Of a stretch of 64,000 nt of DNA, positions 1 to 12,188 are shown in pieces (the stretch's first letter is position 1; each line of letters opens with the position of its first letter). Location of the stretch: positions 209,126,001 through 209,190,000 of the forward strand of contig OZ024741.1 of assembly GCA_964016885.1 (NCBI GenBank). Direction: 5' to 3'. The stretch comes from Eledone cirrhosa. Its lineage: Eukaryota. The notes under the pieces are model-generated. The model ran no database searches, was not told the origin of the DNA, and was given only the letters and a program-made list of their open reading frames with translations. Position numbers and translations under genes: made by a program.

Positions 1-3000
1 CTAAGACACATACTGTTGACAATCTTTCACAACATTGTCATACTAAGACAGTTACTGTTGACAATCTTTCACAACATTGTCGTACTAAGACACATAGTGT
101 TGACAATCTTTCACAACATTGTCATACTAAGACACATACTGTTGACAATCTTTCACAACATTGTCATACTAAGACAGTTACTGTTGACAATCTTTCACAA
201 CATTGTCATACTAAAACAGTTACTGTTGACAATCTTTCACAACATTGTCGTACTAAGACACATACTGTTAACAATCTTTCACAACATTGTCATACTAAGA
301 CACATACTGTTAACAATCTTTCACAACATTGTCGTACTAAGACACATAGTGTTGACAATCTTTCACAACATTGTCATACTAAGACACATAGTGTTGACAA
401 TCTTTCACAACATTGTCGTACTAAGACAGTTACTGTTGACAATCTTTCACAACATTGTCATACTAAGACAGTTACTGTTGACAATCTTTCACAACATTGT
501 CGTACTAAGACACATAGTGTTGACAATCTTTCACAACATTGTCATACTAAGACACATACTGTTGACAATCTTTCACAACATTGTCATACTAAGACACATA
601 CTGTTGACAATCTTTCACAACATTGTCATACTAAGACACATAGTGTTGACAATCTTTCACAACATTGTCATACTAAGACACATAGTGTTGACAATCTTTC
701 ACAACATTGTCGTACTAAGACAGTTACTGTTGACAATCTTTCACAACATTGTCGTACTAAGACACATACTGTTAACAATCTTTCACAACATTGTCATACT
801 AAGACACATAGTGTTGACAATCTTTCACAACATTGTCATACTAAGACACATACTGTTGACAATCTTTCACAACATTGTCATACTAAGACACATAGTGTTG
901 ACAATCTTTCACAACATTGTCATACTAAGACACATACTGTTGACAATCTTTCACAACATTGTCATACTAAGACACATAGTGTTGACAATCTTTCACAACA
1001 TTGTCATACTAAGACACATACTGTTGACAATCTTTCACAACATTGTCATACTAAGACACATAGTGTTGACAATCTTTCACAACATTGTCGTACTAAGACA
1101 GTTACTGTTGACAATCTTTCACAACATTGTCATACTAAGACAGTTACTGTTGACAATCTTTCACAACATTGTCGTACTAAGACACATACTGTTAACAATC
1201 TTTCACAACATTGTCATACTAAGACACATACTGTTAACAATCTTTCACAACATTGTCGTACTAAGACACATAGTGTTGACAATCTTTCACAACATTGTCA
1301 TACTAAGACACATAGTGTTGACAATCTTTCACAACATAGTCGTACTAAGACAGTTACTGTTGACAATCTTTCACAACATTGTCATACTAAGACAGTTACT
1401 GTTGACAATCTTTCACAACATTGTCGTACTAAGACACATAGTGTTGACAATCTTTCACAACATTGTCATACTAAGACACATACTGTTGACAATCTTTCAC
1501 AACATTGTCATACTAAGACACATACTGTTGACAATCTTTCACAACATTGTCATACTAAGACACATAGTGTTGACAATCTTTCACAACATTGTCATACTAA
1601 GACACATAGTGTTGACAATCTCTCACAACATTGTCATACTAAGACACATAGTGTTGACAATCTTTCACAACATTGTCGTACTAAGACAGTTACTGTTGAC
1701 AATCTTTCACAACATTGTCGTACTAAGACACATAGTGTTGACAATCTTTCACAACATTGTCATACTAAGACACATACTGTTGACAATCTTTCACAACATT
1801 GTCATACTAAGACACATACTGTTGACAATCTTTCACAACATTGTCATACTAAGACACATAGTGTTGACAATCTTTCACAACATTGTCATACTAAGACATA
1901 CTGTTGACAATCTTTCACAACATTGTCATACTAAGACACATAGTGTTGACAATCTTTCACAACATTGTCATACTAAGACACATACTGTTGACAATCTTTC
2001 ACAACATTGTCATACTAAGACACATAGTGTTGACAATCTTTCACAACATTGTCATACTAAGACACATACTGTTGACAATCTTTCACAACATTGTCATACT
2101 AAGACACATAGTGTTGACAATCTTTCACAACATTGTCGTACTAAGACAGTTACTGTTGACAATCTTTCACAACATTGTCATACTAAGACAGTTACTGTTG
2201 ACAATCTTTCACAACATTGTCGTACTAAGACACATACTGTTAACAATCTTTCACAACATTGTCATACTAAGACACATACTGTTAACAATCTTTCACAACA
2301 TTGTCGTACTAAGACACATAGTGTTGACAATCTTTCACAACATTGTCATACTAAGACACATAGTGTTGACAATCTTTCACAACATTGTCGTACTAAGACA
2401 GTTACTGTTGACAATCTTTCACAACATTGTCATACTAAGACAGTTACTGTTGACAATCTTTCACAACATTGTCGTACTAAGACACATAGTGTTGACAATC
2501 TTTCACAACATTGTCATACTAAGACACATACTGTTGACAATCTTTCACAACATTGTCATACTAAGACACATACTGTTGACAATCTTTCACAACATTGTCA
2601 TACTAAGACACATAGTGTTGACAATCTTTCACAACATTGTCATACTAAGACACATAGTGTTGACAATCTTTCACAACATTGTCATACTAAGACACATAGT
2701 GTTGACAATCTTTCACAACATTGTCCTACTAAGACAGTTACTGTTGACAATCTTTCACAACATTGTCGTACTAAGACAGTTACTGTTGACAATCTTTCAC
2801 AACATTGTCGTACTAAGACAGTTACTGTTGACAATCTTTCACAACATTGTCGTACTAAGACACATACTGTTAACAATCTTTCACAACATTGTCATACTAA
2901 GACACATAGTGTTGACAATCTTTCACAACATTGTCATACTAAGACACATACTGTTGACAATCTTTCACAACATTGTCATACTAAGACACATACTGTTAAC

Positions 3001-6000
3001 AATCTTTCACAACATTGTCGTACTAAGACACATAGTGTTGACAATCTTTCACAACATTGTCATACTAAGACACATAGTGTTGACAATCTTTCACAACATT
3101 GTCATACTAAGACACATACTGTTGACAATCTTTCACAACATTGTCATACTAAGACACATAGTGTTGACAATCTTTCACAACATTGTCATACTAAGACACA
3201 TAGTGTTGACAATCTTTCACAACATTGTCATACTAAGACACATAGTGTTGACAATCTCTCACAACATTGTCATACTAAGACACATAGTGTTGACAATCTT
3301 TCACAACATTGTCGTACTAAGACAGTTACTGTTGACAATCTTTCACAACATTGTCGTACTAAGACACATAGTGTTGACAATCTTTCACAACATTGTCATA
3401 CTAAGACACATACTGTTGACAATCTTTCACAACATTGTCATACTAAGACACATACTGTTGACAATCTTTCACAACATTGTCATACTAAGACACATAGTGT
3501 TGACAATCTTTCACAACATTGTCATACTAAGACACATACTGTTGACAATCTTTCACAACATTGTCATACTAAGACACATACTGTTGACAATCTTTCACAA
3601 CATTGTCATACTAAGACACATACTGTTGACAATCTTTCACAACATTGTCATACTAAGACACATAGTGTTGACAATCTTTCACAACATTGTCATAATAAGA
3701 CACATACTGTTGACAATCTTTCACAACATTGTCATACTAAGACACATAGTGTTGACAATCTTTCACAACATTGTCGTACTAAGACAGTTGCTGTTGACAA
3801 TCTTTCACAACATTGTCATACTAAGACAGTTACTGTTGACAATCTTTCACAACATTGTCGTACTAAGACACATACTGTTAACAATCTTTCACAACATTGT
3901 CATACTAAGACACATACTGTTAACAATCTTTCACAACATTGTCGTACTAAGACACATAGTGTTGACAATCTTTCACAACATTGTCATACTAAGACACATA
4001 GTGTTGACAATCTTTCACAACATTGTCGTACTAAGACAGTTACTGTTGACAATCTTTCACAACATTGTCATACTAAGACAGTTACTGTTGACAATCTTTC
4101 ACAACATTGTCGTACTAAGACACATAGTGTTGACAATCTTTCACAACATTGTCATACTAAGACACATACTGTTGACAATCTTTCACAACATTGTCATACT
4201 AAGACACATACTGTTGACAATCTTTCACAACATTGTCATACTAAGACACATAGTGTTGACAATCTTTCACAACATTGTCATACTAAGACACATAGTGTTG
4301 ACAATCTCTCACAACATTGTCATACTAAGACACATAGTGTTGACAATCTTTCACAACATTGTCGTACTAAGACAGTTACTGTTGACAATCTTTCACAACA
4401 TTGTCGTACTAAGACACATAGTGTTGACAATCTTTCACAACATTGTCATACTAAGACACATACTGTTGACAATCTTTCACAACATTGTCATGCTAAGACA
4501 CATACTGTTGACAATCTTTCACAACATTGTCATACTAAGACACATAGTGTTGACAATCTTTCACAACATTGTCATACTAAGACACATACTGTTGACAATC
4601 TTTCACAACATTGTCATACTAAGACAGTTACTGTTGACAATCTTTCACAACATTGTCGTACTAAGACACATAGTGTTGACAATCTTTCACAACATTGTCA
4701 TACTAAGACACATACTGTTGACAATCTTTCACAACATTGTCATACTAAGACAGTTACTGTTGACAATCTTTCACAACATTGTCATACTAAAACAGTTACT
4801 GTTGACAATCTTTCACAACATTGTCGTACTAAGACACATACTGTTAACAATCTTTCACAACATTGTCATACTAAGACACATACTGTTAACAATCTTTCAC
4901 AACATTGTCGTACTAAGACACATAGTGTTGACAATCTTTCACAACATTGTCATACTAAGACACATAGTGTTGACAATCTTTCACAACATTGTCGTACTAA
5001 GACAGTTACTGTTGACAATCTTTCACAACATTGTCATACTAAGACAGTTACTGTTGACAATCTTTCACAACATTGTCGTACTAAGACACATAGTGTTGAC
5101 AATCTTTCACAACATTGTCATACTAAGACACATACTGTTGACAATCTTTCACAACATTGTCATACTAAGACACATACTGTTGACAATCTTTCACAACATT
5201 GTCATACTAAGACACATAGTGTTGACAATCTTTCACAACATTGTCAAACTAAGACACATACTGTTGACAATCTTTCACAACATTGTCATACTAAGACACA
5301 TAGTGTTGACAATCTTTCACAACATTGTCATACTAAGACACATACTGTTGACAATCTTTCACAACATTGTCATACTAAGACACATAGTGTTGACAATCTT
5401 TCACAACATTGTCATACTAAGACACATACTGTTGACAATCTTTCACAACATTGTCATACTAAGACACATAGTGTTGACAATCTTTCACAACATTGTCGTA
5501 CTAAGACAGTTACTGTTGACAATCTTTCACAACATTGTCATACTAAGACAGTTACTGTTGACAATCTTTCACAACATTGTCGTACTAAGACACATACTGT
5601 TAACAATCTTTCACAACATTGTCATACTAAGACACATACTGTTAACAATCTTTCACAACATTGTCGTACTAAGACACATAGTGTTGACAATCTTTCACAA
5701 CATTGTCATACTAAGACACATAGTGTTGACAATCTTTCACAACATTGTCGTACTAAGACAGTTACTGTTGACAATCTTTCACAACATTGTCATACTAAGA
5801 CAGTTACTGTTGACAATCTTTCACAACATTGTCGTACTAAGACACATAGTGTTGACAATCTTTCACAACATTGTCATACTAAGACACATACTGTTGACAA
5901 TCTTTCACAACATTGTCATACTAAGACACATACTGTTGACAATCTTTCACAACATTGTCATACTAAGACACATAGTGTTGACAATCTTTCACAACATTGT

Positions 6001-7630
6001 CATACTAAGACACATACTGTTGACAATCTTTCACAACATTGTCATACTAAGACACATAGTGTTGACAATCTTTCACAACATTGTCATACTAAGACACATA
6101 CTGTTGACAATCTTTCACAATATTGTCATACTAAGACACATAGTGTTGACAATCTTTCACAACATTGTCATACTAAGACACATACTGTTGACAATCTTTC
6201 ACAACATTGTCATACTAAGACACATAGTGTTGACAATCTTTCACAACATTGTCATACTAAGACACATACTGTTGACAATCTTTCACAACATTGTCATACT
6301 AAGACACATAGTGTTGACAATCTTTCACAACATTGTCATACTAAGACACATACTGTTGACAATCTTTCACAACATTGTCATACTAAGACACATAGTGTTG
6401 ACAATCTTTCACAACATTGTCGTACTAAGACAGTTACTGTTGACAATCTTTCACAACATTGTCATACTAAGACAGTTACTGTTGACAATCTTTCACAACA
6501 TTGTCGTACTAAGACACATACTGTTAACAATCTTTCACAACATTGTCATACTAAGACACATACTGTTAACAATCTTTCACAACATTGTCGTACTAAGACA
6601 CATAGTGTTGACAATCTTTCACAACATTGTCATACTAAGACACATAGTGTTGACAATCTTTCACAACATTGTCGTACTAAGACAGTTACTGTTGACAATC
6701 TTTCACAACATTGTCATACTAAGACAGTTACTGTTGACAATCTTTCACAACATTGTCGTACTAAGACACATAGTGTTGACAATCTTTCACAACATTGTCA
6801 TACTAAGACACATACTGTTGACAATCTTTCACAACATTGTCATACTAAGACACATACTGTTGACAATCTTTCACAACATTGTCATACTAAGACACATAGT
6901 GTTGACAATCTTTCACAACATTGTCATACTAAGACACATAGTGTTGACAATCTCTCACAACATTGTCATACTAAGACACATAGTGTTGACAATCTTTCAC
7001 AACATTGTCGTACTAAGACAGTTACTGTTGACAATCTTTCACAACATTGTCGTACTAAGACACATAGTGTTGACAATCTTTCACAACATTGTCATACTAA
7101 GACACATACTGTTGACAATCTTTCACAACATTGTCATACTAAGACACATACTGTTGACAATCTTTCACAACATTGTCATACTAAGACACATACTGTTGAC
7201 AATCTTTCACAACATTGTCATACTAAGACACATAGTGTTGACAATCTTTCACAACATTGTCATACTAAGACACATACTGTTGACAATCTTTCACAACATT
7301 GTCATACTAAGACACATAGTGTTGACAATCTTTCACAACATTGTCATACTAAGACACATACTGTTGACAATCTTTCACAACATTGTCATACTAAGACACA
7401 TAGTGTTGACAATCTTTCACAACATTGTCGTACTAAGACACATACGGTTGACAATATTTCACAACAACGTCTTAATAAGACACACACTGTTGACAATCTT
7501 TCATAACATCGTCATACTAAGACACACTGTTGACAACCTCTCACAATATCGTCATAATAAGACACACACTGTTGACAACCTCTCACAATATCATCGTACT
7601 AAAGCACTCACAGTTGACAGTCTTTCCATA
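1..7630. repeat. 42-bp tandem satellite (about 180 units; consensus CTAAGACACATACTGTTGACAATCTTTCACAACATTGTCATA)
   Basis: Exact 42-bp period read directly. Few recurrent variants (CACATA/CAGTTA, ACTG/AGTG, TTGAC/TTAAC, GTCAT/GTCGT), one 2-bp deletion near 1897, and units decay from about 7440 onward. The array runs off the left edge of the window. Confidence 0.98.
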
Positions 7631-7780
7631 ATAAACAGGACTGTTTCAGTTGTTGCCATTCTCCCCCCCCCCCCCCACTTCACTACAATGCCCTGTTATC
7701 CTAACCAATTAATTGGCACTAATCTTAAACTGATATCTCTAGATAAGTTCTCCAAACGTGATACTTGTGCAACAATCAAT

Positions 7781-7832
7781 GTTGTTGTTGTTGTTGTTGT
7801 TGCTGCTGTTCTTGTTCTTGTTCTTCTTCTTC

Positions 7833-7915
<83 letters not shown>
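7781..7915. repeat. Compound microsatellite (GTT)n-(CTT)n-(ATT)n
   Basis: Seen directly. Confidence 0.95.
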
Positions 7916-7916
<1 letters not shown>

Positions 7917-7918
7917 TA

Positions 7919-8160
7919 GGGCGGTGGATTGGCACTATCGGTAGAGGGTCGGACGCCATGCTTTGCAGCATAGAGTTACGGCTCTTTATGATCTGAGCTC
8001 AAATCCTGCCGAGGTTAACTTTGCCTTTCATCCTTATGGGGTCGATAAAATAAAGTACCAGTCACGCACTGGGGTGGATTTAATCGACTTGCCCCCCCCC
8101 CCCCCCCAATTACTGGCCTTGTGCCTATATAAGAAACCATTATTATTATTATTATTATTA
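7919..8160 (+). mobile_element. tRNA-derived SINE, near full length
   Basis: A-box-like TGGCACTATCGG (7930-7941), B-box-like GAGCTCAAATCC (7995-8006), core GCCGAGGTTAACTTTGCCTTTCATCC...GTCGATAAAATAAAGTACCAGT, (ATT)n tail. Homologous copies at 17468, 34187, 37754 and 37345 (minus). Confidence 0.85.
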
Positions 8161-8269
8161 TTCTACTACTACTACTACTTCTTTTCAATATTTCCTTCTT
8201 TTTTCATTGCAAATTTACGTGGGTTTTGTGCTAAGTGCGTATCTACTTGCATACTTTTGGGAGTTTAGA

Positions 8270-8917
8270 GTATATATACATGTGTGTCTGGGGAGGTGCG
8301 TGGGTGGGGAGTATGTATGTTCTGCATATGTATATATGCATGTATATATGCATTTATGTATGTATGTCCATGTGTATGTGCGTATGTATATATGGGCGTA
8401 TGTGTGTATGTGTGTATGTATGTATGTACATATGTACTCTGATATAACACCTGCAACTCTGATGGTATCCAATGATGTTGACTTGTTCTTCTTTTTGGTA
8501 AATATTATCTTGGTTAAGAGAGTGGGACTGGCTTTGTGCAGTGCCTTTGCTCACTATAAAAGCTTCACAGCACAGGCATTGCTTTATATCTGGAGATCTC
8601 TCTGCACTTGTCGTTACATGGTACGTTACATTGACACTATGTGTCAATAATTGGCTGGACTAAAAAGTCACACTCGTTCAGCGCATCGGTAAGGGTTCTC
8701 CTACATGGATATAAAGTAGTGGCCGTACTCGAAAACGAGTTGGCAGCCACCATGTACATATGTATGAATGTATGTATGTATGTATGTATGTACGTATGTA
8801 TGTATGTCTATATGTATGTACGTATGTACGTATGTATGTTTGTATGTATGTATGTATGTATGTATGTATGTATGTATGTATGTATGTATGTATGTATGTA
8901 TGTATGTATGTATGTAT
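8270..8917. repeat. (TATG)n microsatellite tracts (degenerate 8270-8435, cleaner 8753-8917)
   Basis: Seen directly; explains the MYVC/HTYI ORFs. Confidence 0.9.
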
Positions 8918-9029
8918 AGCATTAGAATGTGGCGACATAAAAGTTTTGTTTGTTTGTTTGTCTGCTTTCAGTAAAAGACTTCCTGAATTATTTGGATTGC
9001 TAATAAGATATTGGAACAGATAATTTGGT

Positions 9030-9275
9030 CTCTTGGTTCTCTTAGAACACCATTCTTATAGAGAGAGAATGTTCTTTATTTAGTCTTCTGTTGCTTCTCT
9101 CAGAACAACGATTCTTATAGAGAGAGAATGTTCTTTAACTTTCTGTCTTCAATTGCTCACTGCCAACACAGCTTTCGAAGAACACTATTCTCTTAGAGAA
9201 ATAAAGTACTTTAGTCTTTTGTTGTTTCTCAGAATATCATTCTTAATACAGAAAGTTCTTTAGTCTTCTGTCTCC
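9030..9275. repeat. Degenerate minisatellite of about 60 bp, about 4 copies
   Basis: AGAACA..ATTCTTATAGAGAGAGAATGTTCTTTA..GTCTTC recurs at about 9043, 9102, 9180 and 9230. Confidence 0.65.
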
Positions 9276-10473
9276 AGTTCCTCAATCCTAGCAGCACACA
9301 TTCATCAAAAGACAGTGTGTAGATATATTAGTTTACACATACACGACTTTTGTCTGTGTTGTACTGGCTGGTTGCACACACACATATACGCCCATAAACA
9401 CACCTACACCCCTCCTCATCTCACCATTACATTCACTAACACCCCATCACACACATATACACACACAAGCACCATCACATACACAAGCACCATTACACAC
9501 ATACAAACGTGCAAGCAAGCGCATTCAAAGATCTGTATGAACAAATAGTAAGAGAGAACTCAATACGAACTCCAGTTTTGTCATATTCATGAAAACCTGC
9601 AAACTTTATCATTTACTACCAGTTTCACGCTTCCATGTATTGAACAGTTGTAGAGATGACAGCAATAACATCCAACATGTACAAAACACCCTCCATTCAA
9701 TACCCTTCCACTCCACAAAAAAGAGAAAATCATAGTATAAATTACGATTAAAATAGAAAACCAAAACAGTGAAAACAATTATCAGAAGATTTTTTAATTT
9801 GATGCTGGGAGTGATTGAAGGCTGTATCTTTCATGCTTGCCTGAACTTACTAGATGAAAGAGGAGGCGTTTGGGGATATGTAGGTTATTATCAGGCATAT
9901 ATTTTCCAGAAACTGCTTACCAGATAAATTTGGAAAAATTTCCATAGTCTATGTTTCTATGCCGTCGCATTACAAAGCAAGAGTGACTTACAAATTCACA
10001 AATGGCGCCCATTTTCTATCTTCAGCCAGACACACAAAACACAGGAAAATGGCCAACACTCGTACCATGCAATCAAAACTCGTCTGATACATATTTCAGA
10101 CATATTTGTTTTTTAGTTTCGTATCAGTTTTTCCGTCTGGTTTTCGTATACATTCTCAACGTTATTTCGTATGTATTGTGCTGTTGTTGTTTCTCCTCAC
10201 TAAACACTATATACACTGATTGTTCTTGTTTCAATTTCCTAATCTTTGTTACCGGCTAAAGATCGGAAATGTGAAACTTGGGGTAGCGACTAGTGGTGGT
10301 ATCAGCTTTCAATATATGTATGTATATATCTATGTATGTATGTCTGTATGTATGTACGTACGTATGTATGTATGCATATATTTATGTATACATATAACAA
10401 AGAAGGTATGGTAAGATACCAGGTGGACCATAACGCACCAGAGTACTCGATACCTAGGGTAGTAGAGTAGGTA

Positions 10474-10582
10474 ATAGGAAAAAAGTCAGGACACCGACGG
10501 CTGAGCTCCGGCCGTTTCGGCAGCGGATCTAGCTGTCGAAACGGCCGGCGCTCAGCCGTCCGGGTCCTGACTCTTTTCCTAT
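10474..10582. repeat. GC-rich near-perfect palindrome (51-bp arms, 7-nt loop); possible fold-back MITE
   Basis: 10474-10524 is the reverse complement of 10532-10582 with 5 mismatches. Confidence 0.85.
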
Positions 10583-10734
10583 GTATACATACATATAGAA
10601 AATGTAGGAATCCAAAATGTAGAAAATAGCAATACATTCGATTGGTATGAATAATGGCTTAGAGGGTACAACACCTTTAGAGATGGAATAAATTGGGAAG
10701 AACTTTGTATCCGTTAAATTCCAGTTAAGTGATC

Positions 10735-10920
10735 TGGCCACAGAAAGCCGACTGATTCTACACCCACTAGTCTTGATACCAATTCCAACCTGGCTGCGCA
10801 TGTCAATACTGTCTATAAAGATTATGAACAAAAGAGGTGACAGTACGCACCCTTGGCGGAGTCTGACACTCACATTCAATGGTTTTGAATAAACACCATT
10901 TTTGCCAACACAAATACTAG
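10735..10920 (-). pseudogene. Non-LTR reverse transcriptase fragment (RTE/RTEX-like)
   Basis: SKPLNVSVRLRQGCVLSPLLFIIFID is the RT QGxxLSP motif, within ORF 10529..10990. Confidence 0.75.
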
Positions 10921-11168
10921 GATGTGGATGGAAAACAGGAGGGTGAATTAAGTGCAAGAATCGCAGGAGCTGGTGCAGTAATGCAGTCATTAGAAGCTAC
11001 GTGTAAAAGCCAAACTCAATTCTAAAGAGTTTATTCTAAAGAGTTTATTCTAACAGGGATGGAATAATCTTGTTAGTCTAACAAAACGGTCGTAAATCAA
11101 TTAAATGCTTTAATTCAAAGTCCTTGGTAATTTTTGTTCTTTATGTATATATATATATATATATATAC

Positions 11169-12176
11169 TTAAGGTAAATATTGATGCAATTCAATTCAAG
11201 CACTCAACGTACTTTTTCCACATAGGAGCGACGGAGTATATATCGAATAAGAAAAGCGAAGTGGTTTCAGATATTAAAGTCCTTTAATGATAATGCTGTG
11301 ATACATATTTCAATGACGACAGTGGCCACACGATTCGGTGTACCCAGTGCCGTGACATCATCAGACAGCTTGTTACATAATAAGGTTATGTTTCCGAGGC
11401 AATCCAAATTGAATCGACAAGGGAACGGACAAAGCGTGTGCTCTTGAATCCCTCACCCGCTCCCTTGTGAGTCCCAATTCACCCCTACCGGTCTGCGCAG
11501 GCGCAAGTCCGAAGAAAGTTGACCATCAACTACCCCAAAGTTCTACGAAACCCGCCCAGGCAGGTCCCCCTCTCAACTAAACAATCAGCCCATCCAGGTG
11601 TGTAATATGACACGGTTATAGTTTACTGTCAGTGGCAGTTGGCCGAAATCTAGTGGGGGTGGGAGAGTATGAGTTTCAATAGGTATTAACACTACCCCTA
11701 AATTATGCCTGGACAATAGAATTGACCATCACTCACTAAGAGAATATATTCTTATTTCTTGGTATTAGGGTTTCACAGTGTAAATTAAATTTCCTAAAAA
11801 TAAGTATATATTCTCTTAGCGGGTGATGGTCAATTCTATTGTCCTAGCGTAATTTAGGGGTAGTATTGAGACCTATTGAAACTCATACTCTCCCACCCCA
11901 CTAGATTTCGGCCAACTGCCACTGGCAGTAAACTATAACCGTGTCATATTACAGACCTGGATGGGGTGATTGTTTGGTTGAGAGGGGGACCTGCCTGGGC
12001 GGGTTTCGTAGACCTTTGGGGTATTTGATGGTCAACTTCCTTCGGACTTGCGCCTGCGCAGACCGGTGGGGGTGAATTTGGGACTCACAAGGGAGCGGGC
12101 GAAGGATGCAAGAGCACACGCTTTGTCCGTTCCCTTGTCGATTCAATTTGGATTGCCTCGGAAACATAACCTTATT
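11169..12176 (-). mobile_element. Penelope-like pLTR with hammerhead ribozyme and an inverted partial copy (fold-back)
   Basis: 11379-11762 is the reverse complement of 11793-12176 (roughly 90% by eye). Abuts (TA)n at 11147-11168, carries the HHR at 11295-11369, and has a paralog at 36320-36950. Confidence 0.75.
11295..11369 (-). ncRNA. Type-I minimal hammerhead ribozyme (PLE type)
   Basis: Minus strand reads GCUGU-CUGAUGA-[stem II]-GAAA-UAUGUA-UC-ACAGC. Stem I is GCUGU/ACAGC. Predicted cleavage between 11300 and 11299. Confidence 0.75.
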
Positions 12177-12188
12177 GTCTATATACTT

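Noticed and set aside
1-7630. CRISPR-like array of palindromic repeats
   Set aside because: No unique spacers, no cas genes, eukaryotic context.
16-7996. ORFs of 2496 aa and 2030 aa
   Set aside because: A by-product of a 42-bp (14-codon) unit that lacks stops in two frames. The 2-bp deletion near 1897 swaps the frames, both frames stay open in parallel, and the longer-running ORF continues through microsatellite and SINE sequence.
7696-9548. Poly-Ile, MYVC and HTYI ORFs
   Set aside because: Translations of (ATT)n, (TATG)n and (CA)n microsatellites.
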